From NCBI RefSeq assembly GCF_003945235.1, contig NZ_RSDW01000001.1, positions 750,001 through 782,000 of the forward strand: a DNA stretch of 32,000 nt, read 5' to 3'. Under the pieces are notes generated by a model. That model saw nothing but the letters and a program-made list of their open reading frames with translations, ran no database searches and was not told the DNA's origin. Position numbers and translations under genes: made by a program. The stretch comes from Edaphobacter aggregans. Its GTDB lineage: Bacteria > Acidobacteriota > Terriglobia > Terriglobales > Acidobacteriaceae. This document shows, one piece after another, positions 1 to 8,246 of this stretch (position 1 is its first letter; every line of letters begins with the position of its first letter).

Positions 1-635
1 ACCAAATTCAACAGGATCGTGCCCGAGGGGACTTGCGTTTCAAATTCACGTATGCCGAATTCGAATAGGCCCTGGGTTATGCTGCCATCCGGATGTGTGA
101 CAACTTCGTCTACTCTCGCATCGGCCTCGGCCGTTTCGGTTGCGCTTGGCCCGGTGCGTCGCGGCGGCACTCCAAGTAGCCCTACCTGCAGCGTCGGAAT
201 GTTCAGATGCAACAGATCGTGTGCGGGGGGGCCGTCGTAGAGGAAGGTATGCGTCCATAAAGATTGCGCGAACAATTCTCTGACGCCGTCGCCGGACCCA
301 TCCGGGCTCCCGAAGATCAGCTGGCTGACGCCCACACCGCCATTACCGTCCGACTCCGCAAGTGAAGATGCAAATGCGCCCGAGATGTTGGTTGACCGCC
401 CTGAGGCGTTGACGCCGACCGGAGAAACGTAAAGAAGTTGGCTAGTCTGTATCGGGTCTAATGTAGCGCCGAACAACGGAGCGGAGTTATGAAACACCGT
501 GCCGCCCGGCACAATCGACTCGATCACATTGGCGGAGAGATCGACCGGTATAACAGAATCGGCGTGTACGGTTTGAATGGAAAATACGGAAACGGCCGCA
601 GTGAAAGCGGCCAGCATAATTTGCTGGATTCTCAT
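1..635 (-). CDS. secreted protein of unknown function, N-terminal part only (gene runs off the left edge)
   Basis: The reading frame is open from ATG (635-633) to position 1. It is absent from the supplied ORF track because no stop lies in the window. AGGAGGG SD (complement of 643-649) lies 7 nt upstream. The N-terminus MRIQQIMLAAFTAAVSVFSIQTVHA looks like a Sec signal peptide. No family recognised. Confidence 0.5.
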   Translation of the reverse strand, partial: MRIQQIMLAAFTAAVSVFSIQTVHADSVIPVDLSANVIESIVPGGTVFHNSAPLFGATLDPIQTSQLLYVSPVGVNASGRSTNISGAFASSLAESDGNGGVGVSQLIFGSPDGSGDGVRELFAQSLWTHTFLYDGPPAHDLLHLNIPTLQVGLLGVPPRRTGPSATETAEADARVDEVVTHPDGSITQGLFEFGIREFETQVPSGTILLNL

Positions 636-804
636 CTGGGAACCCTCCTGTCTCGGAATCAGGATGGCCCGCAGCCACAGAAGGCATGCAACTGGCGATA
701 TGCCAGCGATTGACAGTATATGCCTATCGCGACGAAGAGGAGGACAATCGCGCAATCTATCCTCCAATCCACAGCTCAATGCTTGACGCCCACGATAGAC
801 TTAA

Positions 805-931
805 CTCAGAGAAATACAGTCCGGCGCGAGCCGGACTGTATGCTTTAACCAGACTAGAGTCCTGACCGAAGTCCAGACTTAACATCTATTTTTTGAAGAC
901 TTTGCACAATATCCCGGGAGGGGGAGAGTAC
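805..931 (+). repeat. modular intergenic element, copy A
   Basis: Modules: hairpin ACAGTCCGGC-gcga-GCCGGACTGT (816-839), TTTAACC (844-850), AAGTCCAGACTTAA (869-882), GAAGACTTT (895-903), GGGAGGGGGAG-aGTAC (916-931). The element ends directly at the ATG of the GH28 gene. It is alignable with copies at 15215-15330, 26165-26295 and 31340-31475. Confidence 0.75.
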
Positions 932-2332
932 ATGTCCGTAGTCCGAAAACACCTCAGCCGAGCCGCACTTATCGCTGCTCTTACCCTCTCCGCGCACGCC
1001 CAGACAAAAGTATTTTCGGCCAACACCTTCGGAGCCAAACCCGACGGCGGCACGCTCAACACCACCGCTATCCAGAAGGCCATCGACGCAGCCGCCCCAA
1101 CCCACGGCACCGTCACCTTCAACCCCGGCACCTATCTCACGGGCTCCCTCTTCCTCAAATCCGGAGTCACCCTCGCAGTCTCCGAAGGCGTAACCCTCAT
1201 CGGCTCCCAGCGTGTCGAAGACTACCCGATGCTTCCCACCCGCATCGCTGGCATCGAGATGACCTGGCCCGCTGCCCTCATCAATGTCCGTGACCAGCAA
1301 AACGTCACCATCACGGGCCGTGGCACCATCGACGGCGACGGCCCCATCTGGTGGAAGTCCTACTGGGACCTCCGCGCCACCTACGAGCCCAAAGGCCTCC
1401 GCTGGGCATCCGACTACGACGCCCGACGCCCCCGCCTCATCCTCTTCCAGAACTCCTCCAACATCCACCTAGGCGGCGGCATCGTCCTTAAACGTTCCGG
1501 CTTCTGGACCGTCCAGATCCTCTACTCCCACAACGTCACCCTCGACGGCGTCACCATCCGCAATAACGAAGGCGGCAAAGGGCCCTCCACCGACGGCATC
1601 GACATCGACTCATCCCGCGACGTCCTCGTCCAGCACGCCGACATCGACGTCAACGACGACGCCCTCTGCCTCAAAGCTGGCCGCGACTCCGACGGACTCC
1701 GCGTCAACCGGGCAACGGAAAATGTGGTGCTCCGCGATAGCATCATCCGCCACGGAGCAGCCGCCGTCACGATCGGATCCGAAACCTCCGGTGGCTTCCG
1801 CAACATCGAAGCCTACAACCTCACCGCCCTCGCCGGCGTCCCCTCCGGAGTCCTCTTTAAATCCGCCCGCACTCGCGGAGGCTTCGCCGACGACATTCGC
1901 ATCCACGACCTCACCCTCGAAGGCGTAGCCGTCCCCATCCACATCACCATGAACTGGAACCCCACCTATAGCTACGCCACCCTCCCACCCGACCTAAAAG
2001 ACCCACCCCCGTACTACATCACCCTCACCACTCCCGTCACGCCACCCGAAAAGGGACTCGCCCACTTCCACAACGTCCACATCTGGAACATCAAAGCCAC
2101 CGGAGCCAAGCGAGCCTTCGACGTCAGCGCCTACCCCGCCGCCCCGCTCGAGAACTTCAAAATCGACCACCTCAACATCGAAGCCCAGACCGCTGGCACC
2201 ATCGCCAACGCCAAAAACTGGACCCTCACCGACAACACCATCCAAACCGCCGACGGCTCCAAAGTAACACTCACCCAATCCACCCGCGAGCCCGACAACC
2301 CCAAAGACGTCCCCTTCGGAGAACCAAAATAA
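932..2332 (+). CDS. glycoside hydrolase family 28 (polygalacturonase / rhamnogalacturonan hydrolase-like), secreted
   Basis: GH28 blocks are present: STDGIDID, DVNDDALCLKAG, RHGAAAVTIGSE and FKSARTRGG, on a parallel beta-helix-type repeat pattern. Start moved from the track TTG (893) to ATG 932, which has a GGGAGGGGGAG SD. Signal peptide MSVVRKHLSRAALIAALTLSAHAQ. Confidence 0.85.
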   Translation: MSVVRKHLSRAALIAALTLSAHAQTKVFSANTFGAKPDGGTLNTTAIQKAIDAAAPTHGTVTFNPGTYLTGSLFLKSGVTLAVSEGVTLIGSQRVEDYPMLPTRIAGIEMTWPAALINVRDQQNVTITGRGTIDGDGPIWWKSYWDLRATYEPKGLRWASDYDARRPRLILFQNSSNIHLGGGIVLKRSGFWTVQILYSHNVTLDGVTIRNNEGGKGPSTDGIDIDSSRDVLVQHADIDVNDDALCLKAGRDSDGLRVNRATENVVLRDSIIRHGAAAVTIGSETSGGFRNIEAYNLTALAGVPSGVLFKSARTRGGFADDIRIHDLTLEGVAVPIHITMNWNPTYSYATLPPDLKDPPPYYITLTTPVTPPEKGLAHFHNVHIWNIKATGAKRAFDVSAYPAAPLENFKIDHLNIEAQTAGTIANAKNWTLTDNTIQTADGSKVTLTQSTREPDNPKDVPFGEPK

Positions 2333-2395
2333 ACCTCCGTGAGGTTGCTGAAAATACTCTCGTTTCGAAAGGGGTGCGACTTGCCTCTACCCAAA

Positions 2396-2454
2396 GCGTC
2401 ATCCTGAGCGGAGGCGCGCGCTTTTTGCGCGTCGAAGTCGAAGGACCCCGAAGG
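2396..2454. repeat. REP-like GC-rich hairpin element between convergent genes
   Basis: The sequence gcgtcatcctgagcggaggcgcgcgctttttgcgcgtcgaagtcgaaggaccccgaagg contains a CGCGC-ttttt-GCGCG hairpin. It lies between the stop codons of GH28 and the RNB gene. It resembles dispersed extragenic repeats I recall from Acidobacteriota, but that recollection is not verifiable here. Confidence 0.4.
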
Positions 2455-2511
2455 TTAACAACCCACCTCAGATCTTCATACCTTTCAGCCACAACAACCT
2501 GGAACCCCACC

Positions 2512-3972
2512 CTACGCACGCCCAAAATCGATAAACGCATGCTGCGGATTGGTATGCAGCAGGGTCACATCCACCATGTCCCCAACATCCAGCCCATGCT
2601 CGCCCCGCACCACCTTCCCCTCAACCGGAGGATCGAACACCCGTACATAAACTCCCTTGTCGTTAGCTCCTGTAATCACTCCATGGAACGTCTTCCCGAT
2701 GCTCCCCGCCAGTGCCACCGCAGCAACCCGCTTCACCATCGCCCGTTCCACCTTGCGCGCCGCCGAGTCTCGCTCATTGCAATGCTTCGCAATCGCTGCC
2801 AACTCGTCGGCCGTGTAGGGCGGAGCCTTGCCATCCAGCCACGCGTCCACCACCCGCTGCGTTACGAGATCAGGAAATCTCCGGTTCGGCGCCGTTGAGT
2901 GAGCATAATCCTGAGCCGCCAGCCCAAAGTGCCCCGGGGGATCGTCTTCATCACCCTTAGCCAGCACATACTCCCCCGGCCCCATCAGCTTAATAATCGA
3001 CAACGACAGATCCGGATAGTGCACCGCATCCGCCGCCCGCTGCGCCTGCAAGAACGCATTCAGAGCACCCGAATCAGGTTGCGACGGCAACACCGTTCCA
3101 TGCCGACCCACCAACTCCACAATCCGAGCCCATCGCTCCGGAGACCGCACCACGCGCTGAATACACGACCGTTTCGCCGCCCGCAGCGTCTTCGCCATCG
3201 TCTCGTTCGCGGCAATCATCAACTCCTCAATCAGGTCCGCCGCCCGATTGTGAAATACCGCCTTGATCGACTTCACCTGACCATCCACCATCACCGGATC
3301 AGCCTCAACCCGGTTGAACTCCAGCGCTCCCATCCTCACCCGCTGCCCATGCAGCGCAATCGCCGCCTCATCCTGCAGCCGCAACTGCTCCTGCAACTCA
3401 ACCGATGCCGCGACCTTCGCATCCGCCGCACCCGTACCCTCCAGCCACGGCCCTACCCGGCTGTAAGCCAGCTGCGCCTTGTTGTTGACGAGAGCCCGAT
3501 AAATACTAGTTTGCCCCACCGCACCCTCACCATCCACCACAAACTCGACGACATGCGCCGCACGATCCTGCCCCTCATTCAGCGACGTCAAATCCGTCGA
3601 AAGCTCCGTCGGCAGCATCGAGAAATTCCGCACCGCCGTATACACCGTCTGCGTCTGTTCCCGCGCAAACTCATCCAGCGGAGTGTCCTTCAAAACCCAT
3701 GCCGCAACATCCGCAATCCCCACCCGCACACGGATGCCGCCCTCTACCCGCTCCGCAACCTCAACCTGGTCGAGATCGCGCGAAGTATCGTTGTCAATCG
3801 AAGACCACATCAACCCACGCAGATCGCGCTCACCAGCATCGGTGGCCTTCGCCTGCGCCGCACGAATCGCAGCCACCTGCTCGTCACACCCATCAGGATA
3901 TCCAACAACAAACCCCTCGCGAATCATCTCAGCGGAGGCAGCAGCAACCAGATCAAACCCATTATTATGCAT
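2512..3972 (-). CDS. RNB-domain exoribonuclease (RNase II/R family, short form) with C-terminal S1 domain
   Basis: RNB motif I SIDNDTSRDLDQ (residues 58-69) and an RNB core. The C-terminal S1-like segment is GKTFHGVITGANDKGVYVRVFDPPVEGKVV. At 486 aa there is no room for the N-terminal cold-shock domains of RNase II/R. Confidence 0.8.
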   Translation of the reverse strand: MHNNGFDLVAAASAEMIREGFVVGYPDGCDEQVAAIRAAQAKATDAGERDLRGLMWSSIDNDTSRDLDQVEVAERVEGGIRVRVGIADVAAWVLKDTPLDEFAREQTQTVYTAVRNFSMLPTELSTDLTSLNEGQDRAAHVVEFVVDGEGAVGQTSIYRALVNNKAQLAYSRVGPWLEGTGAADAKVAASVELQEQLRLQDEAAIALHGQRVRMGALEFNRVEADPVMVDGQVKSIKAVFHNRAADLIEELMIAANETMAKTLRAAKRSCIQRVVRSPERWARIVELVGRHGTVLPSQPDSGALNAFLQAQRAADAVHYPDLSLSIIKLMGPGEYVLAKGDEDDPPGHFGLAAQDYAHSTAPNRRFPDLVTQRVVDAWLDGKAPPYTADELAAIAKHCNERDSAARKVERAMVKRVAAVALAGSIGKTFHGVITGANDKGVYVRVFDPPVEGKVVRGEHGLDVGDMVDVTLLHTNPQHAFIDFGRA

Positions 3973-4010
3973 GCAAATGGAAGCCTACCACGCAATCCAT
4001 CACAACAACT

Positions 4011-4451
4011 TCAACAAGCCGGACTCCGTCGATATACGGTCCGAATGACATAGTCCTTCTGCGGCCCACGAACCTCATGCCGCACCTCAAAGCTCCCATC
4101 AGACCGAACCATATACCCAGAGAGATAAAGATCATTCACACACACATGACGAGCCTCACCCACAAGATCATCGCCACTCGTCACAAACCGCATCACATGG
4201 AAGAGCTCACGCGTATCGGCAAACCGCACCGCAAACCCATCATCTCTCTTCTCATAGACGTAGCTCTGCCGGCTATGCAGCGTCTGTCCACCCTTCAGAC
4301 AGAGCTCACCCGACTCCTCATACAAAGCCGTCTCCCCATCCAGCCGTGTGAACCGCGCATAGCCTTTCATGCAGCCACACCCCGAAATCTCGCGCTCCAG
4401 GCTCCACTCTCCAAGCAGCCCCTCGAACACTCCACCCGCGACGCTCATCAC
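4011..4451 (-). CDS. small hypothetical protein, DUF6314-like (family assignment from memory of the G-x-W-x-L-x-R-x-I N-terminal pattern)
   Basis: 146-aa ORF starting at GTG 4451 or ATG 4448, only 3-6 nt after the rhaB stop (4455-4457), so probably co-translated with the rhamnose operon. N-terminus GEWSLEREI...GYARF. Confidence 0.6.
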   Translation of the reverse strand: MMSVAGGVFEGLLGEWSLEREISGCGCMKGYARFTRLDGETALYEESGELCLKGGQTLHSRQSYVYEKRDDGFAVRFADTRELFHVMRFVTSGDDLVGEARHVCVNDLYLSGYMVRSDGSFEVRHEVRGPQKDYVIRTVYRRSPAC

Positions 4452-4454
4452 TCG

Positions 4455-5921
4455 TCAGCCTATCGCGCCCACAAACAACCCAGCCCACCGCGAAACCTGC
4501 TCCGCATAAGCCCCCGTCACCGCATCCCGGCCACCCTCCAGCACCGCCAGCTGCACCGCAAAGTTCCCCACCGTCGAACTCTCCGCCGCCCCACGAAAGA
4601 CCTCCAACCCCGTAGCCTCCGCCGTAAGCCGGTTCAAAAAATCATTCTGACTAGCCCCACCCACAACAAACAACCGCTTCAACTTCTTCCCGCTATGAAG
4701 CGCAATCCTGTCTAGCACCTTCGCATACCGAGCCGCCAGACTATGAAAGATCAAGCTGGCAAACACCGGAGCATTCTCAGCTCCCTCATCCAGCGCCTCA
4801 TACCCCTTCCTCACCCGCTGGGCATTGATTCGCTGCGGCATCCGGCCAGCCAGCAGCAAATCCGGATCATCAACATCCAGCAACCCGCGCGGCTTCGCAG
4901 TCTTCTCTGCCGCAGCCACCAACTCCGGCACAGTCCAAGCCCGTCCGCCCGCGGCCCACGCATCCATACACTGCCGAATCAGCCACATCCCATTTACATT
5001 CTTGTGAAAGCAGATTCTTCCCCCAACAGCACCCAGATTCGTAAAATTCTCCTCACGCGCCTCCTCCCCATTGCGAGGCTGCTCCAGCACCGTCCCCACC
5101 AGCGACCACGTCCCCGAGCTGATATAAGCCCAGTCATTCCCTGTCGCCGGAATCCCCGCAATCGCCGAAGCAGTATCATGGCAAGCCGGAGCGATCAGAA
5201 CCGCATTCCGCAACTCCGGAAGCTCTGCCAACGGCCCGCTCAATCGCCCCACCTCCGTTCCCGGTGGAACAATCTTCGCCGCGCAGGCAAGATCAAGCTC
5301 AGCTGCCTGAAATATCTCCCGGCACCACTGCGGCTTATACAGCTCCACCATCTGCGTATGTGTAGCATTCGTATGCTCAGCCACGCGAGCCCCACCCCAC
5401 CGCGACAGAATGTACTCCGGCAGATTCAGCCACTGCCGTCCCTCCGGCACTCCATCCAGCGCGTCCGCATAAAGCTGATACAGCGTATTGATCCGCAACA
5501 GCTGAACACCCGTCAGCTCCCGCAAGCGCTCCGGCCCGATCTTCCGATGCAGTGACCGCTCCGCCTTCACCGTCCGCTCATCGCGATAGCAGAAAGGATC
5601 GCCCAGCGGCAGCCCCTTCGCATCGAGCCGAACATAGTCCACCGCCCACCCGTCGACAGCAATCGACCGCACACCCTCCGTCGCAATCGAAGCACATCGC
5701 CGAACCCCTTCTTCGAGTCCGTCGACAATCATCGCCAAATCCCAGCGCAGCCCCCCATCCACCTCACGCGGAGCATTCACAAACCGGTGCACCAGCTCAA
5801 TCGCCGGCTTACCCTTCACCCACCGCAGCAGCGAAACCCGGCAGCTCTCCGCCCCCAGGTCCACCGCAATCGAAGCTCGCTTATCCTTCGGCAGTAACGC
5901 CATCCCAGGCGTTCTCCTCAT
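4455..5921 (-). CDS. rhaB: rhamnulokinase (FGGY carbohydrate kinase)
   Basis: FGGY kinase with an RhaB-like N-terminus ...IAVDLGAESCRVSLL. The start is set at ATG 5921-5919, which forms an ATGA overlap with the rhaEW stop (tcat at 5918-5921 on the + strand). The alternative ATG is at 5903. The track ORF start (6020) lies inside the upstream gene. Confidence 0.85.
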   Translation of the reverse strand: MRRTPGMALLPKDKRASIAVDLGAESCRVSLLRWVKGKPAIELVHRFVNAPREVDGGLRWDLAMIVDGLEEGVRRCASIATEGVRSIAVDGWAVDYVRLDAKGLPLGDPFCYRDERTVKAERSLHRKIGPERLRELTGVQLLRINTLYQLYADALDGVPEGRQWLNLPEYILSRWGGARVAEHTNATHTQMVELYKPQWCREIFQAAELDLACAAKIVPPGTEVGRLSGPLAELPELRNAVLIAPACHDTASAIAGIPATGNDWAYISSGTWSLVGTVLEQPRNGEEAREENFTNLGAVGGRICFHKNVNGMWLIRQCMDAWAAGGRAWTVPELVAAAEKTAKPRGLLDVDDPDLLLAGRMPQRINAQRVRKGYEALDEGAENAPVFASLIFHSLAARYAKVLDRIALHSGKKLKRLFVVGGASQNDFLNRLTAEATGLEVFRGAAESSTVGNFAVQLAVLEGGRDAVTGAYAEQVSRWAGLFVGAIG

Positions 5922-8131
5922 CGCAAATAGGCCTCGGTCAACCCGCCGTCCACTGGAATCAGATGCCCCGTTGTGCACCGTGCCAGCGGCCCGGCAAGAA
6001 ACATAATCGCCTGCGCACAATCCTTCGGATCGATCGGCTGATGCGTCAGCGTCCGCGTGGCATAGAACTTCGCCAGCTCATTCCGCAGCCCGTCATCTGT
6101 GTCCTTCTCATCAAACGGCAGCTTGTACTTCTTCAGCGAAGCAATCACGCGATCCCGCGGAAACATCGTCGACCCCTTCACCACCGTAGCCGGCGAAATC
6201 CCATTCACCCGCACCTTCGGAGCCATGCTCACCGCCAGCTCCCGCACCAGATGGCTCAGCGCAGCCTTGCTCACGTCATAGGCCTCGCTGCCTCGCTTGG
6301 CCACAACCGCATTCGCCGAACTCGTCAGCACGACACTCGCGTCAATTCCCTGCTCAGCAAACACCTTCGCCGCCTCATCGGCCAGCAGATAGTTCGCCGT
6401 AACATTGACCTCCAGCGTCAACGCCCACTGAGCATCGCTGATCACGCCATCCGGCGAGGAAGGAAACAACGCAGCCGTATTGATCAAAATATCGATCCCG
6501 CCAAACTGATTCGTCGTAGCCTCAAGCGCAGCCTTGATCGCCTTCCTATCTCGAATGTCGATGCTAGTCCAGCTAACCGCTTCCTTACCGGCAATCGCCT
6601 TGATCTCATCCGCCACCTTCTCCGCACCGGCAACATCGCGGTCCGCAACCACAACATGAGCCCCACGCTCAGCAGCCAGCAAAGCCACCTCACGCCCAAT
6701 CCCGCTGCCACCGCCAACAATCAGAGCAACCCGCCGGCTCAACTCCTTCTCAGGAGGCTGCCTGCGAATCTTAGCCTCCTCCAGCTTCCAGTACTCAATC
6801 CGGAACGCCTCACTAGGCGGCAACGCCACATAATTCGAGTACACCGTAAACTGATCCGCCGAAGCAGCCGGTCCAGCCTGAGGAATCTCCTTGCAATCCA
6901 CACCAGCACCCAGCGCACCAGCCCCTTGCATCACGCCTATCGCATTGATGTAGAACTCACCCGTGATCCGCGACTCAGTCTTATTCTTCCCAAAGCTGAA
7001 CATCCCCACGCCCGGCACCAGCACCACCGTAGGACTCGCGTCGCGCACCGCAGGCGAATCCGGCAAAGCATGCTTCTTGTAATACTCCGCATACTCCGCC
7101 CTGTACGTCTCCAGAGCCATCTCAATCAGCTCCTTCAACTCCCCAGGCTCTCCCGCAGGATTCCACTTCACAAACATCGGCCGAATCTTCGTCCGGATAA
7201 AGTGGTCCGGGCAACTCGTCCCCAGATGCGCCAGCTTCTCCGCCTGCGCCGAGTTCACAAAATCCAGCACCTGTTTCGAATCCGAAAAGCTCCCAATCCA
7301 CCGCTGCTTCCGCGAAACCGCGCCCCGCAGATACGGCATAATCCCCGCAGCAATCTCCGCGCGATCCTCCCGCGCCTTCACCGCCTCCCCACCGAAGTGA
7401 TTATGCCCAGCCACCGCTCCATGCCGCTCAATAAACTGCCCCAGCTGATCGATGATCGTGATCGTATTCAGATAGCTCTCACGCTGCGTATCGCCCCACG
7501 TAAACAGCCCATGCCCACCCAGCACCACACCATCACAACCGGGCGTCTCGGCCACAATCTTTTTCAACATCATCCCCAGCTCAAACCCTGGCCTCTGCCA
7601 CGGTAGCCAGGCGAGCTTATGTCCAAACTCCTTATTGAACTCCTCCATCTTCAACTTCCCATTCGCCGAGGCCGCCAGCGCGATCCCCCAGTCCGGATGC
7701 AGATGGTCCACATGCGCAAATGGCAAAAACCCATGCAACGGAGTATCGATCGAAGCCGCCACAGGATTATTCCCAAACGTACACAGCGGATACATATCCA
7801 CCATCTCGTCTTCCAGTTCAACCCCGCGATACATCTTCTCCAGCGCCAGCAGCTTATCCAGATACAGCGTCGCAAACCCCGCTCGCTTGATGCTTCCCAG
7901 GTCCCCCCCACTACCCTTCACCCAAAGAATCTTCTTCGTCTGCCCATCCACCGGATCCACCTGCTCCAGCTTCGAACTTGTATTGCCCCCGCCAAAGTTC
8001 GTAATCCGCAGGTCCGAGCCCAACAAATTCGATCGATACCTCAGAAGCTCAGGCTCATCCAGCTTCGACGCCACCGCGTCATCCCAACGATCCTCCAAAA
8101 ACTTCAACCCACTCTTCGCCGTCATCTTCAA
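5918..8131 (-). CDS. rhaEW: bifunctional rhamnulose-1-phosphate aldolase / L-lactaldehyde dehydrogenase (class II aldolase N-domain + SDR C-domain)
   Basis: 737 aa. N-terminus LKFLEDRWDD...LLRYRSNLLGSDLRITNFGGGNTSSK is typical of YuxG/RhaEW. The C-terminal SDR has IVGGGSGIGREVA (Rossmann) and YDVSKAAL (YxxxK). Adjacent to rhaB. Confidence 0.9.
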   Translation of the reverse strand: MKMTAKSGLKFLEDRWDDAVASKLDEPELLRYRSNLLGSDLRITNFGGGNTSSKLEQVDPVDGQTKKILWVKGSGGDLGSIKRAGFATLYLDKLLALEKMYRGVELEDEMVDMYPLCTFGNNPVAASIDTPLHGFLPFAHVDHLHPDWGIALAASANGKLKMEEFNKEFGHKLAWLPWQRPGFELGMMLKKIVAETPGCDGVVLGGHGLFTWGDTQRESYLNTITIIDQLGQFIERHGAVAGHNHFGGEAVKAREDRAEIAAGIMPYLRGAVSRKQRWIGSFSDSKQVLDFVNSAQAEKLAHLGTSCPDHFIRTKIRPMFVKWNPAGEPGELKELIEMALETYRAEYAEYYKKHALPDSPAVRDASPTVVLVPGVGMFSFGKNKTESRITGEFYINAIGVMQGAGALGAGVDCKEIPQAGPAASADQFTVYSNYVALPPSEAFRIEYWKLEEAKIRRQPPEKELSRRVALIVGGGSGIGREVALLAAERGAHVVVADRDVAGAEKVADEIKAIAGKEAVSWTSIDIRDRKAIKAALEATTNQFGGIDILINTAALFPSSPDGVISDAQWALTLEVNVTANYLLADEAAKVFAEQGIDASVVLTSSANAVVAKRGSEAYDVSKAALSHLVRELAVSMAPKVRVNGISPATVVKGSTMFPRDRVIASLKKYKLPFDEKDTDDGLRNELAKFYATRTLTHQPIDPKDCAQAIMFLAGPLARCTTGHLIPVDGGLTEAYLR

Positions 8132-8198
8132 ACCTCAAATCTTTCGTTTCGCCGTAACGCAGGCGCACTACCACGCCGTCCATCATTCCACACTCAAG

Positions 8199-8219
8199 AC
8201 CAATACAGCAACTATTTCC
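8199..8219 (-). promoter_or_regulatory. candidate operator, motif RGAAAY-N8-TATTGR (site upstream of rhaEW)
   Basis: The minus strand reads GGAAAT-AGTTGCTG-TATTGGT, 68-88 nt upstream of the rhaEW ATG. The same architecture occurs at 10698-10718, 13841-13862 and 21797-21817. Confidence 0.4.
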
Positions 8220-8246
8220 AATGTGAAAAACGTCTAGGACCGCCCA

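Noticed and set aside
5552-7606. Very long ORFs antisense to well-supported genes (e.g. 5552-7606 +, 684 aa; also 2899-4053, 3699-4715, 8343-9014, 9087-10145, 10828-11841, 11597-13174, 13069-13890, 15635-16636, 22374-23864, all on the + strand)
   Set aside because: Their translations are R/P/H/Q/S-rich low-complexity sequence with no recognisable motifs. They lie exactly opposite genes with clear family signatures. The strong strand composition bias depletes stop codons on the antisense strand. They are shadow ORFs.
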